DNA of 51,998 nucleotides from Catajapyx aquilonaris (taxonomy: Eukaryota): positions 1-51,998 of the forward strand of contig JYFJ02002744.1 in the NCBI GenBank assembly GCA_000934665.2, written 5' to 3'. Position numbers and translations under genes: made by a program. Positions 48,301 to 51,998 of the stretch are shown here, piece after piece; position 1 is the stretch's first letter, and each line of letters begins with the position of its first letter. Under the pieces are notes generated by a model. That model was not told where the DNA came from. It searched no databases and saw only the letters and a program-made list of their open reading frames with translations.

Positions 48301-49614
48301 CTGGATCCAACTCGACCTCGCAACTTGGTGTTAACCCTGAATCTGCATAATTATGAAATCCCATTATGCATGGGCCCTAATATCTTTGAAGATCTCTTTG
48401 GACACAAAGAATTGGGGTAAAATGTTCAGCACATCAGTTGAAGATCACTGTTGTATAGAGGAAGCAATAAAACTATGTATATTCTCTGGACAAATAATTG
48501 TATATTCATGTTACAAACAGTACAAAACAAGTACGAAGTATTTGTAAATGCCATTTTTGGCAGGTTTTTTTTATTACATCAAGTTTACAACTGCACACTG
48601 TATACAATACATACTCAACTTGCACACTTGGTTTGACTAGTAAGTCAAGTTTTGCTCTGGTGTTTTAGAAGCAATCACCTCTACAATACACAAAGCTGTT
48701 AATGTAATGAAAATTTCCAAGGCCCCATTTATGTATAACTCAAAGGGGTTAAATTGGGTGAAAAATGGGAGACCATGTATTTATGAATCATTTCCCTTCA
48801 TACCACGGTTAATCAAGTAATATTTACATGAACTGCATACAGACAGAAAGGTTACCTTCATGGCTGCATTTCCTCAGTCTTCCGAGCGATGAAAACCTCG
48901 CTCTCTTTGAAATGCGGTTTCCATTGCTACCGAAGTATTTGAGGTAATACTTATGCCCTGCATAAAATTATGCAGCATGCCAAAACCAAGTGTGAGAGCA
49001 GAGTGAAAATGCAATTGACAACAAAAACCAGTGTCATCTGGTCTCTTTCAGTTGCAATGCTTCTGCCCTCAATCTGAATAGTGCTCCAAGTGCAATAATT
49101 GCATAAATGTGTATCTCATCACACATGTGCCAAATCTGCCACAACACTTGATCTATTATTTCCCTGTGCTTGTTGCAAGTCAGAAATCTTTTCGCTAGTT
49201 TCACTGTGAATGGGTTACATACAGAAATATCCTCGATTCGAGGCGAAAATTGTTTTTCCGTGAGCAATACATTGCAGGTCTGGTGCACATCAAGGTGGCA
49301 TGGTAAAAATCTAAAGTTGAACTCTCAGCAACAAGTCGCTCCTGCCAAATGTTGAATCCATTCTACCATTGACCTATGCCTTAGGGATACACACAAACAT
49401 TCTTTATCACAACGTCATCGATTGCCTCTGTAAAAATATCATACACACCCAACTGACACTCTACTGTCACAGATCATAAAAAAGGCATGCGGTAGACATT
49501 CATGTAGGAAAAATACACCACAATTGTAACCGAGAAGGCACGTCAAATTGCAATCTTGGTCGGCAGGAAAGAGCCGTGCGCTTAGATCTGGTAGCCATTG
49601 AACTTCTCGGGACA

Positions 49615-51436
49615 TTAAGTGCGGGGCCATGCAATCTTTGCATCTATCCTCTTGTAGGCAAAGGTACACTGCTTCCCTGCATCAACAACAGCTGCCTTGA
49701 TAGTCTGCGGATATTCATTGTCACCCAGAAGAGAGTCTGCAAGTACAAGTTAACATATTGAAAAGTGCCGCCTGGAAACGGATATTTAAGGATTAGATTG
49801 GCATGGTCAACAACATTCATGAATTTCCTGGGTCACAATAATATTGAAAAACAGGTCCATATATAATAATATGGACCTGTTTTTCAGTTGAGATTAGCGG
49901 AAGTTGGTGCAAATTTTTCGAATGAGAATCATTGTAATAATGATCCACATTAAACATTATCTCAATGGGTGCAGTTACACTACCAGGGGCTAGGGAAGGC
50001 AGGAAGGGATCAGGGCAAGAGGAGGGGGGAAGCAGCCTGACTATGTGAGTAGCACATACAGGCTACTGTTGTATCAATTAACTAAGCTTACCATATTAGC
50101 GTTTCTATTCAAGGCTCATGTGCAGGCTGCTCTGCCCCTCTCCACCTTCTGCCCTCATGTCTGCCTGACTTCCCAAGACATCCACACCCGGAGTGGAGTC
50201 TCCTCGAAGCGAATAGCACTACGCTTGTTAGAGCAAAACAGTACTTCTGTATCTACTATGCAGTATCTCGCCAGGCAGGTTAAGACTGAAACCTGGTGGA
50301 ATTTGCTTATGTGTCATTGAATTTCAAACCCGACACATATTAGGAAACAGCGATATTTTAAAGTTAATTGAGACCCAATTTGCTGAAATACTGAACTCTT
50401 CCTTGAACATAATTTTACATCAGAGCACAATTTACCAGTTACACAATACTTAAGTTCAGAATACACACCTTCTCCTTCTACCAACTTGTAGAGTCCAAAG
50501 TCCTGCGGATTTGTAATCTTCAGTTTGTGAGCAATTATCTTGGCCACTTCCTTGGTGGTCATTTTGGGTCGCATGGGCAAGGTCTTTGTGATGATGCTGC
50601 CATTAGTCTCATCGGGTATGATAATTTTCATCATACTGTGGATGTCTGTTATGCAAGGTGTTAGACTCTGGAAGGTAAAGAATATTGTTAACTTGCTGTC
50701 ACGAGCCAGCTACTACATGCTACTCACCTCTACCCCAGTTGCAGTTCTGTCCTGTTCTTCATAGCACTTGCGGAAGTTCTTGAGAGCATTTACAGCACTG
50801 TAGAGAGTGGTGAGGTAGTATCCACCCTCTCCAGTCAAGAGGGATGGTTGCAGGAGCCCAAACATGTAGTCTGCTTCAATTTCAGCTGAGAACATACCAC
50901 AGTGGACCAAAACATACACGAACATGGGAAGAAAATCATCTGCACCCATGGCTGTGTTTGGTTTTCCTCTTTGCTGCACCTGCATCAAGAGACGCATTAC
51001 AAAAGTGACAATACTGCTATTACACAGTTACTTACAGAGTTAAAAATGCTGGAGATTGCCGACAACAAGTTTTCTAACTTTTCCAGCGGCGAGTACACTT
51101 CCTGAAGCATAGTCAAGTGGCTTTTGATGCTTTGGAGGCATGTACCCGATGGTGGGGAGAAGTCAGCCTGCAAAAGAAATGAACACTTCCGCATTAATAT
51201 CTGCATCACCCAACCGTCACAATCCAAATGATCCAATATAGTACCTTAATGCCAAATTCTGTCAGGGTCTTGGTTCTGGCGTACTTTATGTTGTCAGCCA
51301 GGAGCTGAATCGATCCATTTTGTGTGTAGTCATCCACAAATAGTTTGTAAATATGCTCCTTCAGGGGTCTTATGATCAACTTATGCATAACACCTTCTAA
51401 GATGGCATCCAGGTTGAGGAATTCATTGGCTCTAAG
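49615..51436 (-). CDS. spri: Sprint / RIN-family Rab5 GEF (VPS9 + RA domains), 3' exons
   Basis: Phase-consistent exons 51436-51245, 51167-51036, 50979-50728, 50667-50469 and 49736-49615. VPS9 motifs GADDFLP and GEGGYYLTT, RA-domain sequence, and C-terminus AYKRIDAKIAWPRT*. Confidence 0.92.
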
Positions 51437-51602
51437 CTGAAACATCGAATTGAGAACAGTATTAAACCTGATACTGAATGCAACATGGCAAGAACAGAAA
51501 CAAAACCATACAGATAAACAAGTACTTTTGGTCAGATCTCTATTCTTATATTACTTACGAATCACAGGTCTGAACATGTGTGTAGGTTATGATATGCATA
51601 TA

Positions 51603-51998
51603 TTCGGTATAGTCAATAAGTTCCCGTCCCGGCCGGCTGGAGGCGGCAGGTGACACGGAGACAGGTGCTGCTGTGGTTGGCTGTGAGGTACATTAGCAGT
51701 CACCAATCTGGCCAAGAGTGAACTCGGTGTGCTGCGTAATAGCTGCGGTACACAGTCGAAAAATGTCGTTCACCATATCAGGCGCGTCCAAGGCGGACGC
51801 ACGGGCAGTAATTCAGTTCCTGTGTGCAGAGGGAGCGGGACCGAAGGAGATTCATACACGCATGAGGGCTGTGTATGGAGACACTTGCGTGGCGTACTCG
51901 ACAGTGAAGGACTGGGTACGCCATTTCCGCAGTGGTCGACAAGGCACGTCGGACATGGCACTGTCAGGCCGACCTGTTACCGCCTCCAACGATGCAAG
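51603..51998 (+). mobile_element. mariner transposon 5' part in a sprint intron; transposase ORF open to the window end
   Basis: TA followed by the TIR-like TTCGGTATAGTCAATAAGTTCCCG. ATG at 51763 gives MSF...RAVIQFLCAEG..EIHTRMRAVYGD...STVKDWVRHFRSGR...D...SGRP (mariner HTH), with no stop in 78 codons. Confidence 0.9.

Noticed and set aside
51770..51961. Minus-strand ORF as a sprint exon
   Set aside because: It is the antisense of the mariner transposase.

Overview
Eukaryotic invertebrate DNA, probably from an arthropod. This is inferred from short GT-AG introns, tRNA-derived SINEs and insect-like protein sequences. Five host genes are supported: the 3' part of UHRF1 (PHD end, SRA, RING; +), eIF3d (-), RAD50 (-), an intronless leucine-rich-repeat gene ending in a coding minisatellite (+), and the 3' part of sprint/RIN (VPS9 + RA; -). 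Introns and intergenic DNA are dense with nested transposons: three tRNA-SINE families (one with a V-domain), RTE-X-like LINE remnants, a decayed Tc1, an open mariner ORF, and hAT, Sola-like, CACTA/EnSpm, MULE-NOF-like, PIF/Harbinger and mariner/pogo elements, many with readable target-site duplications (TSDs). The most notable unexplained pattern is that three SINE families with different heads end in the same CCCCTAA...GGGGTA stem-loop plus AT-rich microsatellite. A LINE 3' remnant in the same window ends in that tail too, making it the candidate partner LINE. All calls were made by eye with no database searches, so family assignments are provisional. No CRISPR, rRNA or bona fide tRNA gene was found.
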